DNA of 62,962 nucleotides, the filler included, from Aduncisulcus paluster (lineage: Eukaryota): assembly GCA_024181965.1 (NCBI GenBank). It is 12 parts of 12 records of this genome, joined end to end, with 100 filler letters (N's around TTAATTAATTAA, not from the genome) between each part and the next. Parts side by side here need not be neighbours in the genome. Positions count along the whole stretch, not along the records: positions 59,492 to 62,962 come from BQXS01010174.1; 11 more parts are not named here. One strand, written 5' to 3'. Shown piece by piece: positions 62,410 to 62,962 of the stretch. A program made the position numbers and the translations under genes. The notes under the pieces are model-generated. The model made no database searches, had not been told where the DNA came from, and saw only the letters and a program-made list of their open reading frames with translations. Position 1 is the stretch's first letter. Every line of letters starts with the position of its first letter.

Positions 62410-62961
62410 TTAGTCAACTTCATCAAAATCAATTGTACTTTCCTCGCTGTCAATTTCTTCAACAAGAGCATGTCCTGTGGGCTCATTTGAGGGTTCATTA
62501 TGGATGTTGTCAACTTCAACGTGGAATATGGAGGATCTATTGGGAGCTTGGATCACATAATCATGTGTTTCTTGTCCTTCAGAGTTCGAGGATGAATCGT
62601 CTTCATCGAAGGCAAAATCATCATCAAAAGTAAATTTTTCGGTACAACTGTTCTTCTTTGATTGTTCCATCTTTTCCACTTCTTCATCGGTGACGTATTC
62701 AAGGTCAGGAATAGAATCAGTGGCCGATGAAGCTACAGATTCATCATCCTTTTCCTTGGCAAGCTCAGATGTGGGAGTAATGACTGGATCTTGAGACACC
62801 TCAGAACTCTTGGAACATGGAGGGAGAGAAGAATCTAAAGATGGGATTGTTGATGCCCAAGGACAGGTATCGGTCACTTCAGAGGTGAGATTATCCCTTG
62901 TTTTGGCCCTTTCTCGTGCCTTCTTCTTAATGGCCTCAGCTTTCTCAGCCCATATCCTCTC
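62410..62961 (-). CDS. acidic C-terminus of an unknown protein ending ...LVEEID...FDEVD (5' partial)
   Basis: Frame open to the window end (ERIWAEKAEAIKKKARE...), IPDLE motif, acidic tail. Confidence 0.7.
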   Translation of the reverse strand, partial: ERIWAEKAEAIKKKARERAKTRDNLTSEVTDTCPWASTIPSLDSSLPPCSKSSEVSQDPVITPTSELAKEKDDESVASSATDSIPDLEYVTDEEVEKMEQSKKNSCTEKFTFDDDFAFDEDDSSSNSEGQETHDYVIQAPNRSSIFHVEVDNIHNEPSNEPTGHALVEEIDSEESTIDFDEVD

Positions 62962-62962
62962 T

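Noticed and set aside
1-62962. CRISPR arrays, prokaryotic operons, transposase/RT genes, tRNA or rRNA genes
   Set aside because: No repeat-spacer pattern, transposase/RT motifs or recognisable structured RNA found by eye; a covariance-model search was not run
1-62962. Alternative genetic code (TAA/TAG = Gln as in hexamitid diplomonads)
   Set aside because: Long ORFs are open in the standard code and conserved genes end at TAA, TAG and TGA where expected

Overview
Eukaryotic, gene-dense, nearly intron-free, AT-rich protist DNA in the standard code. It is not one locus: 12 unrelated contigs are joined by 100-nt artificial spacers (N44-TTAATTAATTAA-N44), and eight 20-N gaps are flanked by duplicated sequence, so adjacency only means anything within a contig. 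Compactness, a GTATGT intron donor and the kinase/surface-protein style suggest a fornicate (Carpediemonas-like, e.g. Aduncisulcus); this is an inference, not a database result. Recognisable genes: eIF5A, a Trm3/TARBP1-type SpoU methyltransferase, two divergently transcribed TMC-like channels, a CaMKK-like kinase fragment, an EMAPII/Trbp tRNA-binding domain, a probable RNase H2B, a CHD-remodeller C-terminus, a U2A'-like gene with an intron, a PH protein, a DUF1963/YwqG-like protein and a frameshifted TYW1 absent from the ORF track. The most notable feature is a modular surface-receptor system: a lineage-specific LRR + Cys/EGF ectodomain family and a lineage-specific kinase family occur separately and also fused through a TM helix into an LRR receptor-like kinase (59492-62151).
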